A stretch of 64,000 nucleotides of DNA from Geosiphon pyriformis uo1 (taxonomy: Eukaryota; Fungi; Glomeromycota). Below, in pieces: positions 24,203 to 38,241 of the stretch. The stretch spans positions 124,001 through 188,000 of the forward strand of contig JAAOMT010000502.1 in the NCBI GenBank assembly GCA_016748015.1, written 5' to 3'. The translations under genes and the position numbers were made by a program. Position 1 is the first letter of the stretch, and every line of letters begins with the position of its first letter. The notes beneath the pieces are model-generated. The model saw nothing but the letters and a program-made list of their open reading frames with translations. It ran no database searches and had not been told where the DNA came from.

Positions 24203-25412
24203 ATGGCTGTGCTTAATTTCCCCGACATTTTGAGTGAAATATTTGAAAACCTTGTCGATTCTGCAAAATTTAATTCCATAATTAATAGTACATCTGACCA
24301 CAAGCATTTATTTAATTGCTTGCTTGTCAACCGTCTTTGGTGTCGTATAGCCGTTTCGATACTATGGCGACAACCTTTTAAACCGGAAAAAGATCATGGC
24401 TACAAGGCTATCCTGGTCTTGTTGAAATGTATGGACAAAAAAGAACGTAAAGCGATTCAAAACAGAGGATTTAAGCTCGAGCCTGTCAAGCAGGAGCCTT
24501 GTTTCCTATATCCTTCCTTCCTTATTGGCCTCAATTACCGATGGTTTTTGAACTCTGTGGAAATTTGGTGCTATAAGACGCCGGTTAAACCTCAATCTGG
24601 GTTGTTGAAATTTTTCAAGACGGCTAAGCCTGGCAAAGTGGCAGAAACTGAAGATGTTGTTTTCATCTTACAAAAACTTTTGCAGCTTTTTGTCGATAAG
24701 AATGTAAAGTTGAAGCGTCTTTGTATTTCTTCTATCCCAAGAGAAGCCACTGACAACAAGAAATATCTTGTATGGGCTGATCCTAAATTCCAAAGTTTGA
24801 TTTCACCAGTTCGAGAACTTGCCGTATCTGGCCAATTTCTTGAACAAGCCGCAGATATTCTTACTCTTTCAGAAAAGTGCCGACATGTGGTAAATATTTT
24901 TTCCCTTCGAGTTTTTTTGAAACATTCCGCTCAATATATATTATCTAACACGACAAATATTTTCAAAATTTAAATTATAAAAGAATCGGTTGGTAATCTA
25001 TTCTTTCAACGGAACAAATTCTGACAATGATGAAATTACCAGAGAAAATGGGAAGGCTCTTGCAGCACTCATTGAGAAACAAAATGGGCTTAAAGATTTC
25101 TGCATTCGCGATGGCCGTGGATTCTCGAAATATATAATGGCTGCATTGCCGTCCCAAAAAGGAACCTTAACCTACATCAGATTCCATAAAGTAAATTTTA
25201 GGAACTGTGGTCCTTGGGCCGGTTTAGTAGAGTGCGAAAATTTAAAGAAATTAGCATTCTTTCAATGTGAACATGTGACGGAGGTCAACGTGAAACCATT
25301 GTTTCGTGCCAATTTTGCAAAATTGAAGAAATTAGAAGCGATTCCTCCAAGTGGCAGCCGACACGGCAATGATGAACATTTAGATCGCTGGGTTAGAACA
25401 ATGAAGTTTTGA
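24203..25412 (+). CDS. F-box / LRR (RNI-like) protein, 2 exons
   Basis: FPDILSEIFENL...LFNCLLVNRLWCRIAVSILWRQPF (F-box-like) and LRR-like C-terminus (CENLKKLAFFQCEHVT). Intron 24890-24983 joins the two ORFs in frame. Confidence 0.85.
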
Positions 25413-26281
25413 CGATTTTGGCCGATGGAAATCGTTGGTAGGGTATCTTTGATTTTTTTTATTCGCCTATATTGGACAAATTTCAAAAGTTCGAGATCAG
25501 CCGCGATAGAGTATCAACATTCTGACGTTCCCAATTGATGTTTTGAAAGTATTCTCAAGTCGACTGGGGTTTCTATGTTTCAAACACTTATGTGGTGCCA
25601 ATATATAATGGCTTTTTAATTGATTAGATTTTCAATATATTATGTGATGTTATATTGTACAATAAAAATTTTGGATTTAAATACTCCACCACGACAATAT
25701 TTCCTTTAGTGGCTTTGAATCAATGGTAGAGATTACATGAAAATGGTGAATTTTCTAACCTTTCATTGTACTTGGAAATTTTTAAATTCCGGAGTTTCTC
25801 TTAAAAAGGCTCAACAAAAAGCTGAATTTCTGCCCGTAGCTTGAGTTTTTTAAGCCAAGTCCCAAATCCTGATTGTTTGAAAAATATTTGATTCGAATAA
25901 TTTTGTTTAATTAATACAGTGTAATGGTTTATTCGGTTTTAAAACACAAATCTGGTTTGCTTAAGTAAAGATAAGAATTATTATTTAACACTAGCATTTT
26001 TTGTCTTTCAATTTAAAGAATTCCTTCAAAATGAAGAAATAAAAGCATTTTACATGTATTTGTAAATTATAACCTCATTGCAAATGACAAGACTAAATCA
26101 GAAAATCAAGTATAACCAGTTATTTGTCTTATTTCGTGACTACTATTCATAAAAAAAATTTTGTTTACAAATAAAGAAATCATGTGATATTAGGTAAATT
26201 ACTCTTATCACCGATTCGCTAAAAAATACCCAGATTTATATATAACCGAGTTGTAGAAGACTCAAAGATCAGTCCCAGAAA

Positions 26282-27333
26282 ATGGGGCAAAGTATTAACT
26301 TACAAGCTTTAAAGCACATGGGAAAGGTTATTCGAAACAGCTCTTTACTCGTACCACATTTAATTGTTAAAGGTATAGTTTTACCTACTATAGAATGGGA
26401 TCGGTGAAATCTTGACTCAACAACTTCTTTATTCATAGATATACGAAATGTTGATTTTCCAAAACTTAAAGACTTTGGAATTCATGCAATAGCATTCGAT
26501 AAGGATAATACGTTAACTCCACCTTATGAAGATCAGATCTATAAACCCTTTGAGGTATGTTCAAAATGTTTTTTCTTGACTCTAAAAATTTCAAATCTTT
26601 ACTCATAAAATTGTAGGTCGCATGGAAATCTTGTAAATCTACCTTCGGGTCCGAAAATATAGTAATTGTCTCAAATTCGGCTGGAACTCCAGATGATCTT
26701 AATGGAAGACAGGTGAAACTGATCTACACTTGTTTGTTACCACACCTTAAATCAATTGATTCATGTTTTTTTGCTTTTATAAATCAAAGGCAGCTAAAAT
26801 TGAACAAACACTAGGTAATTCTTCTTTTTTGAATTTTCCTCTCTTGAAAAGACCCATTCTTTTAGACTAATAACTTTTACTATTCAGGTGTTTCAGTACT
26901 AATTCATCAACTAAAGGTAATTTATCAGACGATATTTGTATTTATATTCATCTTTTCAAATTTTAATAATTTTAGAAACCAAGTGGAGGGGATAAATTAA
27001 AACTTCACTTTGGCCAAACTAGTAACGTAGCTATAATAGGGGATCGATTATTTACCGACGTCCTTTATGGAAACTTAAATGGTATGCTCACCATCTTTGT
27101 GACACAAATAATTACAGAGAAAAAGGATAATTTCATGGCAAATAAGGTAAATAAGCTTACCAAAAAAATTCATTTTCAACCATTTTGATAATATTTTGAT
27201 ATTCTTTAAAATCATTCAGATACGTCGATTTGAATATCAACTTCTAAAATTCTTAATGGCTCGCGGTTATAGCGCGCCTCAAATCGAGATTTCTGATTTT
27301 GCAAATCTAGTTAAAAATCCTGAAAAATTTTAA
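26282..27333 (+). CDS. GEP4: mitochondrial phosphatidylglycerophosphatase (HAD family), multi-exon; missed by the ORF track
   Basis: Spliced translation: MGQSINLQAL, AFDKDNTLTPPY (HAD motif I), IVSNSAGTPDD, KKPSG, IIGDRLFTDVLYGNLNG; TAA 27331-27333. Confidence 0.9.
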
Positions 27334-28071
27334 GAATTCTATAGTGATTAAAGACTTGACTTCAAAAAAGAGTACCATAAACATTATAGAATTGAGATTA
27401 TCTGGATATGTCGCTTTGATAGTTTAAAGTAAAAAGTCAGTGTTTAAATTTAGGGCGAATCATTTTTTTGGGTTCCCAACTTCAAATTTTTTTTTAATAA
27501 AAAAATTTCTATGCCAAATTTAATTTCTTCTTTTTCCATTGCACTTATGAGTCATATTTTGGGAATTAAAATCAAAAATTTCTTTTACCAGCATCTTATT
27601 TTTTGAATGAAATCAGCTCTCCAATGAAAAATTCAGATCTTGAAAAATGAAAAGAAAATAATAAAATCCATTATTTTAATTTTTTCAAAACATCAAAGAC
27701 TTATTAATCTCAATATTTTTCATCTTTTCAATATGAAGTGACTAATTCCAAACTTCAATTTCATTCAAATTTCATTTGACCATTTCTCAGATTTTTTTGA
27801 ATTAATTTTGTTTATGATTTTATTCCTCTTTATTAAATTCAGAGATTCAGAGTTTGATTTATAGATAAGCTTTAACAAAGAATGAACAATTAAATGTAGA
27901 TTTTAATATAAACATTGAACAATAATGAAAAAAGCATTTTGTACAAAGAAAGTTACAGCAGCAATTCGGATTTTAATGTTTTGACATATGAAATATGTCT
28001 AAGTGTGAATTTAAATTTGAATAAAGAAATAGTGAGTGGAATGGGTAAATAATCAATAATTGGTTGGTAAA

Positions 28072-28072
28072 A

Positions 28073-28115
<43 letters not shown>
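28072..28115. repeat. (ATT)n microsatellite
   Basis: Directly visible. Confidence 0.9.
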
Positions 28116-28117
<2 letters not shown>

Positions 28118-28652
28118 AACATTAATGAAATTGAATAAATAGTAAATTTTTTCACAAGTCTAGAATATAATAAATATTTCATTTTTCCTTTTATTAAGTT
28201 CTATTATTTCTAGATGAAGGTTTGGATTTAATCTTGATCTATTATATTTCCTTATTGGAGCAATGTGGGAATTGACGGTTTTATCAGTCAATTGATGGGT
28301 ACGGTTAGAGATCTATTCTTTGTATGATGAGTATTTTGATGTAAAACTGCCTAAACGTAAAGAACATCTCGTGTATCGATTCTGCTGAATAATTTCCATT
28401 AGGATGTGAAGTTTTGCAATGAAAAAAACGAAAACTCATTCTTGTGAAAATCGAAGAATAATTTGATGGTAAACTAAAACTCTTGCAGATAAGATGCTAA
28501 AGTCTGATTGTCAACTTTATTTACCAAGAAACTCGTTTTTTGTTATGGTATTTGTGAAGCACAAATGATTGAAAAAACTACAGCCTTCATTGAATAAGTC
28601 AAATATATTGAGTTTCATCGTTTTAATATTCAACTATCAAAGGTTATTCCCT

Positions 28653-30241
28653 TCAGAAAAAAGATTCTAATTTCCTCTGGTTAAAAGAACTTGAATTAGC
28701 ATTTGGAGAAAAGCTTTGAGTGTGGTTTTTTTCGTTTTGTGGAGTTTTTGTCAATTTGCGCGTATAAGTAACCTTCGGAAGACGTACAGGCGTGCGATCA
28801 GCTGGTGGAAATTCAAACACATCCCTCTCGACAATAGATTTATTTGATTTTCCCCTTGATGCCGACAGTAAACGTCCATGCTCCAAAAGCTCCCTCGTTC
28901 GCGAAGGTTTTGTCAGTCTACTTGAAAAAGGAGTTTTTGTCAAATTCTCGGATTTCCCGCCTAATTTTGTCTTTTGATGTTGGGAATTTTCACTCTTATC
29001 ATTTGCCTGCGTATAGTCTGCCTTTCTTTTTGATAAAGTACTTGATCGTTGATTTTCACTAATTCGTGGTAAAAACGTGAAAAGTTATGTATGAGCTGCT
29101 GACTTAAAATGGTCCATAATCTTGGAACCTACCAGCTGACTGGAGTTTTATATTCTTTTTTGTCTTTTTTCATAATATTTTGACATTTGGCTTGAATTTC
29201 TTCAATATTGGAATTATCGATAAAAATAATTGGCTCAAGAAATGGTGCAAAGTTGGGTGGAACCTGGTAATCGGCCATATTGAAATTCATATTTTCAATT
29301 ACTACAACGGGCTCCAAAGTGTCCTCGATTGGGAGTGGATTTAACCAAATAGATTCAATATCAATGTTTCCTGAAAAAGTTGTTTGGTCCAAACCACAGT
29401 CAAAAAAGGGATCAGGTGCCATAAGTTGTTCTTTGGCTGAATAAAATTTATCATTTAAGAGCCCCTCGTTTATATCTTGGTTTTTCTTTAATTCAAGAGA
29501 TTTAGCCGCCAAGTATTCACATTCATCAGGGTGAAAAGATTCTTGAGCCTTAACAACAGGGGTATTGGAAAATTCATCCATAGAAAGTTCAAGCTTTTCT
29601 TTCATTGAACTCAGTGTTGGAAATTCAATATCTGAATCATCATCTTGAACAAGTGGAATCCATTTATTGGAATTCCGATCCTCTTCATACTTTTCATTTT
29701 GCGAGACATTCCTGGGAATTGGCTGAGTTACTGGCGTTAAATCCAAAACATTAAACAGCAACGGATCGATTTCTTGATTTTGAATATCGTCACGGTTGTG
29801 ATGAGAGGTTGATTGGGGTGGTTTTAAACACTGATTATGTAGACAAGACTCGTTGACAGTACTCTTATCAAATTCTTGTCTATGAACTGTTATAACATTG
29901 TGCTGTTCACCAGATTTTGCCTCAACATTTTTAGTAAAATTCTCAAGAATTTCTACCATTTTATCGGTTTTTGAAACAATATCTTGTCCAATAAAATCTT
30001 GGCGAATCTGCATATCACCCAGTTTATAGCCCAAACTGACGGGTGTAAAATCCTTTGTTTCATCTGTTTCTGGTAAAAAACTGGAATCAACGCTGGGTGG
30101 TTGTACTGGTAGAAGTGGTTCGTTCATAAAAAAGCTTCCAATCACTGGAACTTCCAAACTCTTAGAATATTCAAGAGAAAACTCACCTCTGGATTTGTCA
30201 ACATAAGTGGGTTCGAATTTTTTTTGGTATGGGGTTTGCAT
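28653..30241 (-). CDS. hypothetical, largely disordered protein (acidic N-part, basic C-part), at least 2 exons; 3' end uncertain
   Basis: 370-aa ORF 29129-30241 can splice (GCTG|GTAGG ... TTAG|TGAAA) into the frame ending at 28653. No recognisable domain. Confidence 0.6.
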
Positions 30242-30906
30242 CTTCAGAGCGCAGTAGAGAGGAAATTGGGCAAGGAAAAGGATGATTTAGAAACTGATAA
30301 ATATTTCTGCGTCGATCATTATATCTCAAAACTATTACGAATTCACGTGAGGAACATGTGAAGTGATATCATTTTTCGTATGGAACGGAATTTCATCGTA
30401 TTTGAAAGAACATTCTCATTATCAAAAGCACATTAACTAAAAAAATATTTCAAAGTAAAAAATATATTTACCTTTTAGACAAATATTTACGGCAGTCATT
30501 TTCAGTTAATGAAATAAATATTGAACACGTTCAAATATAAAAATTATTTTCACATTAAAAACTGAATTGAAACCATCTGCTTGTCATGCAGATTATAGAT
30601 GCATGTTAGGTTAGAATATTGCATTTCTGGCAAGACTAAAAATTGTCCGAGTTGACAATATACACTCTTTTCTTCAATAACAAATATTGAGGAATATCAA
30701 TTGGGAAGCAGTAAAAATAGTTACCTATTTTCCCGATATCTTAGGATTCATGATATTTAAAGGGTAAAATCTTTGACATACATTTTCGAGAAAATTTCGA
30801 ACTTTGTCCTCTATTTATTCATTCCAAAACTTTTAGCTGGAACAAATTTCATACTAACTTCTAATGAATTGGACTGAAAATAAATTAAAGAAATTATTCT
30901 TACAAA

Positions 30907-31430
30907 ATGAGATCCTTTAAAATTTTTTCGTTCTCATCGCCTTTTTGCTTCCCTCACGTTGATCTGAACCACTTCCTGATGGTTGACCCTATGTTTCTGC
31001 AAGCCTTTTGGACGTAAGAAGTCTAAAGTTCAATCTAAATACCACCTTAATCGATAACGGTGATAGTCCACTTGCTGAACGCATAAATCAATTATTACAA
31101 AGGTTATAATCTTAAAAACGCTGCATGCTACGAACGTGAGGGTTTAAGAGTCTATGACGCAAAAAAGGCTGACATGATTGCTACAATGCTAATGAACAGA
31201 TTAGAAATGCATTGAAATTAAAAATCATATCAAATCTGTCAAAAATATTAGCTAAAGTCATTGATATATGCGGTAGTTGTTTAAATAAGCAAAATATTAA
31301 TTTAAACAGAAGAGGTTTTTCCAATTTAGCGCAACTTGAACAAGGTCGTGTCAAAATTGTCTGGAGGCCAAAACCAAGGTGTTCCACCAAAGGTGCTTGA
31401 CCCCGTTTCGAGCAAAACAAGTGCAAATGA
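30907..31430 (+). pseudogene. RlpA-like double-psi beta-barrel (expansin-like) secreted protein pseudogene
   Basis: Frameshifted fragments: signal-like MRSFKIF(F)VLIAFLL, INYYKGYNLKNAACYEREGL..DMIATMLMN, CIEIKN, AKVIDICGSC..NINLNRRGFSNLAQLEQGRVKIVW. Several stops and frameshifts. Confidence 0.7.
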
Positions 31431-32379
31431 AATGTTGAATAGCTGAATTTGCCGTATTGAAGCGGTTTTTTAACATTATTTAAATATTTTTAATGCTTCA
31501 CATCTTTCTTTTAATATCAACTCGACTAATCTCTGCGTTTTTATTTGACTATTGAGAAAGAATTCATTCCATTAAATGAGGCTAAGAACCTCATTTTTAA
31601 TAAATTAAATTTTTTCAATCTTTTCCTTGAAAAATAGAGTAATTTAAATGTTTAAGGCTTCACGTAATCACTTAATGAATCTGTACCAAAGCGCTTGATA
31701 TGTTAAAGAAATCATATGTTGAGATTCAGAAATTGGTTCAATTTTTCTAAAAGCCTGTGAAATTGCGAACTGATATCTGTCATTTGCGAATTAAAATAGA
31801 ACAACAAGGAATTTAAATAAGTATTATACTTAATTTTTTAGCAACATACTCAACTTGGGAATATTTTATGGTTCGTAATAAATAAAAACTAAAAAGCCAG
31901 AAAAACTTATGACTAGCAGGTCTCTTCTAATTTTTATTCTTGTCAACTCAGCAAAATATTTTCCTATGCAACGATATAACTTTTTTCAAGCCCGACATTC
32001 AAAGATTATTTTCTAAAATGAAGTGAAGTTATATTCCTGAAAAGCCCTCTATCATCAATTAAGTGGAGAAATTTTGAATTAGTAAGAGTTATTGAAAATC
32101 TACACTGTTGAGATAGCTCTCCATCTAGCCATTTAAAAAATCTTTAACCTCCTCTGAGCTTTTGAATGAATTGCTTAAACTCAACAATATTTTCGAAATT
32201 GAAATATAAAAAAAATTTTAAAACCAATTATTGACAATTGGTTTGTTTGATTTTAAAATTAAAAACAATAGCACAAATACTTTGAATTCTGTTTTTCTAA
32301 ATGTTTGAAATTAATGAAAAAGTTAAAATAAATTTTGCTACTTGTGTAAAATTATTTAGATTCTCACTTAATTATATTT

Positions 32380-34520
32380 AAAAAAATGAATATTAAATAA
32401 TTTACACGGGAAATTTCACTTATAAAGAGGAGGTTTATTGGAATTAATTATTATAGCTTTTTTAGTTGGCAGAATTTTTTTTATGTAATTTTAAATATCA
32501 TTGATACAAATTGTCACTATAATTATGTTAAACTGGTTCTATTATTAGAGTAAAGCCACCATATTGGTAGATTTAAATTTTCAAAGACAATTGTAGAGTT
32601 GAGTTGTTTTGAGTTTTATCGTGACAAACAACTTTGATTGTTTTAAGAGTCTCAAAAATATTACATGTAAATAAGTAAAATTGTCCCTAAGATTGATCTC
32701 ATTACTTCAATCACAAGCCCTACTTTTTAAAAAAATTCAAATATCAAAGTCCAAGCTTTAAATCTTTTTATGCCACTCTAATACGTGAATAATTTTTCAA
32801 ACGATATCAAAGATTGATTTATAAAGTTTCCAATTTAAAATAAACTCTACTTTTCTAAGAAGTTAAATTGCTATGATAAAAATGAATCTAAATATTCAAT
32901 TATTATTCTATCTAAATAGTCCGATTTAGTTTGTTCGCAATTGCCAATTTCAACTTCAAAATAAGGGCATTATGAAAAAATTGGTCTGGAACCTTGTCTA
33001 TTGGTTGACCTATATTACATTCCTAAAATAGATAGCACAACTTTTTCAGTTTTTTGATTTAAAAACATTTTATAACCGGAAAAGTGTGTACTGACCCTAT
33101 TCTCCCTATACTCTATTTCCCTTGGGTGAGGCCATTGAGAACGATCACAATCCCAATATTTCTCTTGATACTCAGTACAATCACACGTGTCTAATGGCTC
33201 GATCCATATTTCATGACCAAAGTGCCTCCACCCCATTGAAGCCAATGGAAAGTGTGGAACATGATCGTTTGCATGAGTGATGCCAAAAGTAATTAGCATA
33301 GTCTTTTTCATATGTTTCGATTTCATAAACTTCCTTTGCCCACAGATAGCCAGCAATTGAAGCGTATGTTATCATATTGAAAATACAATTTAACTTATTA
33401 AAAGCTAAAATAAAATTCAATTTTACTTTTGATACTGAAAATATAGAAATATTTAGGTAACAAACCTCCACCAAGACCATGCCCAATAAAAGAAACTGGA
33501 AAATTTGTTTCGTTTATGGCTCTTTTTAACTCAGGGAATAGTAGTTCTACTTCTTTAAACAATTGTGAATCAATAAGTTCGGTCGTCTTGGGTGAATACG
33601 GTCGCTCTCTAAATTTTGGCTGCGCTAATGCTGGATTTCTTGAACTCCATTTTTACTTTGTTAATTCTTTTGGGTATAAGAGAAATTATTGATGTTATTT
33701 TGGTGAAAAAAAAGTTATACCATTCATGAAAATCAAGGCCGACAATATCATTGCTAAAACAAATTTCTCTTCGGGAACTCCTCAAAGCTCGTTTGCCAGA
33801 CATGTGCATGCACTAAAAAATCCTCTTTTAAAAAATAGTCTTAATATTACTGTGCAATAAAAATATCTTTTATTTGCAAACCAGGCACTTTTGAACCAAT
33901 GTTATTTTGTCCTCTGTAATCTTCAAAATTTATCAAGCTTGGAGCATTGAGGAGGCTCGGTTCAAAATCGTCAAATTCGAATGGCACTTTAAATTCTGAT
34001 CGTGAACGTTTTATAGCTTGATTCGTATTTAGCAATAACTTGGTAAGATTCACCCGCTTCATTATAGTTAAAAAATCATGATTTGTATCTTATTTTTGAA
34101 CGAACTTAATATTTTGAAAACCTTTTAAATCTATCAAATTTTTTTGGTTTCCGTGTATCAAAAAATAATATATCGATAGTATGAAAGTTGCCATAATAAT
34201 TTTAGATCTGCTTTGATTATCGAGTTTAAAATGCAATTTAAAAGAAAATTTAATTATAGTTAATTTTTAAAGGATGAAGACAATGCGAGAGATAGAATGT
34301 AACTGAGATGGTTTATCTAATAGCCAAAGGTGTGTATTCTTTGTGTAAACTTTTAGAAACTAAAATCCGTGTATTTATTTATTTCTTTAAATATCTCTAA
34401 GAATATTAATTTTGAGATTTTTAATGCTAAGAGAAACCTAATAAATTCATTAATTCGAAACACACGAATGATCATGGCACTCTCGAATCATAGTCACATC
34501 CTTGCTTCAAACACCTATCA
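32380..34520 (-). repeat. copy 2 of the inverted segmental duplication
   Basis: Reverse-complement match to 18197-20498. Confidence 0.9.
32930..34235 (-). pseudogene. class-3 lipase pseudogene (inverted duplicate of 18458-19882)
   Basis: High similarity to copy 1, but ATG is TTG and the nucleophile motif is GHGLGG. There is a 5-nt frameshift after YEK, an in-frame 63-bp deletion (ITFG-ITH) and a frameshift in the last exon. Confidence 0.88.
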
Positions 34521-34544
34521 TCTTTCAATTATTTATTCTGAAAG

Positions 34545-35728
34545 TGCTAAGATTCTGGGGTGTACCCTCAAATTAGCTGGCCAGTTTGATAGCGGTAACT
34601 GTTGTTCCTTTATCATCGCACAACTGATGAAAATCTTTTAGAGTGAACCCGTCTCGACTGCCTCGAAGTAACAAATTAAAATCATTTCCAAGTTGGAGTA
34701 TTTTTGTCCTTGCCTTGAATCCAATGATTAAGCTATTTTATTGTGCGATTGAAGAAGCTTTAATTCAATATTTGATCGAAAAAAACGTTATGGCTGAGGG
34801 TCTAGACTTTTTATGACTACCCGGTACCGGATAATGATGTAAAAGATCTTCATATAAAGTTCGAGGAAAGATTCTTACAAATTGTTTTTACTTTAGGATT
34901 GAAGTCAACAGAAGATATGTGAAAGAACCAGATTAAAGGTAGAAGTCTTTCAATGGGTTTTTTGTGGACATCAAAGTCTTTATCTGTCCAGTTAAGAATT
35001 TTTTCTATTTGAATATTTTATCCAATGTGTAACTCCTCATTCTACAATCTTTTTCCATATTTCACATTCTTCTATATTTAATTCATCCCGGATTAAAATC
35101 GAGGAAAGAGCATTTTCACTAAGGTAAAATCTTGTGAGTGAAGACTATAGCTGAATTGTTAACAGCTATTTCGGTGCGACTTTTTGAATGAATCATGCAT
35201 AAATGATATTATCTGCAAAATGGGCAAAATTTTCTTTTAACTCTTTTTGTATGGTGTTCAATTAAATAGTCTTCAAGATAAGTAACAAGGTTTTCTAGAA
35301 TAAGCTCGTCAGCGGCAACAAGTAACTCCAAAATTGTTAATGTTCCATGTTTATCAAGAAATATTTCCCCACTATAAATATATCTAGAAAAATGATAATG
35401 TGAATAAAATATTTCCTAGCAAATAAAATTTATTAACCGAAAAGTCATTTCGAAAACCCTGGGTGATAAGTTAACCCAATTACTAGAGAGTGCTATATCA
35501 AAGTATGGTGATCTTACAACTAAATTGTTGGGGTGCCATAAGTAGTTGAAAATATTGATAATTTAAATATATCTGGACAAAGAAATTTTTTAGCATGTAC
35601 ATGCATATGATTGACAGATGATCGGAGCCATAAATAATCCCTGTAACTTTAAGCTCGAGTGCTCTTATTTAGAAGAGCTCATTTGAAATCGAGATATTGA
35701 TTGCTGGTCTATGAGTATAGCAGTTCAT
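34545..35728 (-). pseudogene. BTB/POZ-BACK-TLDc protein pseudogene, 3'-truncated
   Basis: Fragments VRSPYFDIALSSNW, YIYSGEIFL..ILELLVAADELILENLVTYLEDYLIE (BTB) and FNLLLRGSRDGFTLKDFHQLCDDKGTTVTAIKL (TLDc start). Many stops and frameshifts. Confidence 0.85.
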
Positions 35729-36929
35729 TTTGAAAAAGAAGTCTTATATATAAATACATTAATGAATAAATCAAGGGGATAAACCAAAAAAATGTAATAC
35801 AAAAATCTTACATTAATGGTCATTGTTACTAGGACATTTCAAAACTATTTGAAAACGCAAAGCCAAGTGCTGAAAAATGAAGAAAATTATCTTCTCAAGA
35901 TATTAATTCCCTAATTTTTGTTTAATTCTAATCAAGTTCAAAATTTTGATTTTTAAAATGGAATTTTTTTTGTAGAATATATATTTGTATAAAAATTACT
36001 TTATTTAAATTTTATTGATGAATACAATACAAAATATTTGTTTTATATAACTTTAATTTTATATATTTATCTTTTGTAATAATGTAAGTTTAATGTAATT
36101 AAGAAGATAAGTTTTTTATTACCTTTTTAAATATTTTAATCAAATTAAAATTAAAATTATACTATTATATGATTTGAAAACCATTTTTAAAATTAATAAA
36201 TAAAAAAATTTAAACTAATATTTTATAAATATTTTCATTAAAAAATTATATTTGTATCAAAATAAATACATTAACAATAGTAAGTAAACAGAAAAAAAAT
36301 AAAACTTATTTTATTTAAATTTAAATTTAAAATAATATATATGAATAATTTTTTTAAAAATATATTATTATAATAAAACTAAATTTAAAAAATTTGTTAA
36401 TTTACAACAATTTTATAATCATTTCTAAAAAAAAACATATTTAAAATATTAATACAATTATCAAAAAAAATTAGTTTTAAATAAAATTAATCAATTATAA
36501 TTAAAATTATATTTAAAATATGTTATATAAATTGAATAAGTTAAAAAAAATACATAATCAATTAAAATAATTATAAATATGTTGTAAAATTTTGAAAATT
36601 AAATTTTGAAAATTCTTTGTTTTCAAAAATTATTTTTTTATAAAAATTTAAAATTTTAAAGTCTCAACTGAAACATCAAACATTATTTTATCAGTTTTAG
36701 TGTTAAACACAAAAAATATTTACATCAATAAAATGTTTATTTTTAATGTATAACTTAAAATTGGTTTAATATTTAAAACCCAAAATAAAGTTTTTATAAA
36801 GTATTTAAATAAATTTATTATCTTTAAGAAACAGTAAGACATAATTGATTAATAATATAGTATAAGGTTAATAAATACATTTGTTAAACCATACGAACAT
36901 AGAGAAAAACATAAATAAGAACTCATCTC

Positions 36930-38209
36930 TAGACAAATTACTTTCTAAACGTACTATCAAATAAAGCTTTAAAGAAACCCTCTTCGAATTATAAAATTTT
37001 ATCCTTTTATCCTTTTGTCCTTTATTCACACTATGGAAAACAAAGAAATTAAAAGAACTCATGATTGCAATGGGTGATATTCGTGCCAAGAGAGTATTCA
37101 AAACAATAAAGCGAATTGCATGCTTGTTCATATTTTTTGAAAAACATTATGAGAACTTTTCAAGCGACAATAAAGTAGTTGATGAAATAATTAAGAATCC
37201 AATCTATGTTCCACTTAATAATGAATTGAATTACTATTCTTGGATTCCATGGGAGCGTTTGTCGAATATCAAGGAAATTGGTAGAGGAGGGTTCGGTATA
37301 ATTTATCAAGCAACCCTAATTGATGGATTAATTAATTCAGAAGGTATAAAACATCATGATTAAATGGAATATAAATGAGAAGAACAAAACAGAGAAGTAG
37401 CAATAAAAATTATGCCAATAAACAGTTCAGAAGTGTTTAAAGTTTTATTATTTAAATTTATATAAAAATATTTATCAACAAATTTTCATACTACAAGATG
37501 GAAAGAGAAATTATGGATCGCGTCTCAGATAGCTGTAGCACTTGATTCAATTCATTCTTCTGGTATGGTTCATCGTGACCTACACTCGGGCAACATTCTA
37601 TATTATAAGTATAATTTTCAAATTTATGCAAGTATTGGAGACCTCGGATTATGTCAACCAATAAACAATGAAACAAGTTGAAACTCAGAAGTAACAATAA
37701 CAAAAAAAAATATATGGAGTGATTCCATACATTCTACCAGAAGTATTAAGAGGAGAAAAGTTTCCAGGGAGGGGTGATATTTATAGTTTTTCCATGTTAT
37801 TATGGGAATTAGCAACAGGAAAGCCTCCCTTTCATGATTATTCTCAATCATATTCTTATAATGGCTATTTTAATGGTCAAAGACCTAAGATTACCTCCCC
37901 ATTTATTCCACCTTAATTGCCAAAATAATTAAAAAGTGTTGGTATGTTAATCCTGAGAATCGTCTTATTGCCAAAGAAATTAAAGTTAAGTTGGATAAAC
38001 TTTTGGATATGTAACAGACGTTTAGATATGAAGTGTCAATAATAGAAGAGTCTGCAGCGTAAGAGTTTATAGCTTGAGTTTTTCTTTTCAGATCAAAAGA
38101 TTCTCCAGATTTTAGAATCTGATAAACACGTAAAAAAAATGATAAATAATGACTTGACAACAAATCCTTCAACAACAACAACAACAATAACAACAACAAT
38201 AACAACAAC

Positions 38210-38241
<32 letters not shown>

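Noticed and set aside
7252-27333. Lipid-metabolism gene cluster (FAT1, lipase, GEP4)
   Set aside because: The genes are far apart, interspersed with unrelated genes and act in different compartments; no evidence of co-regulation.
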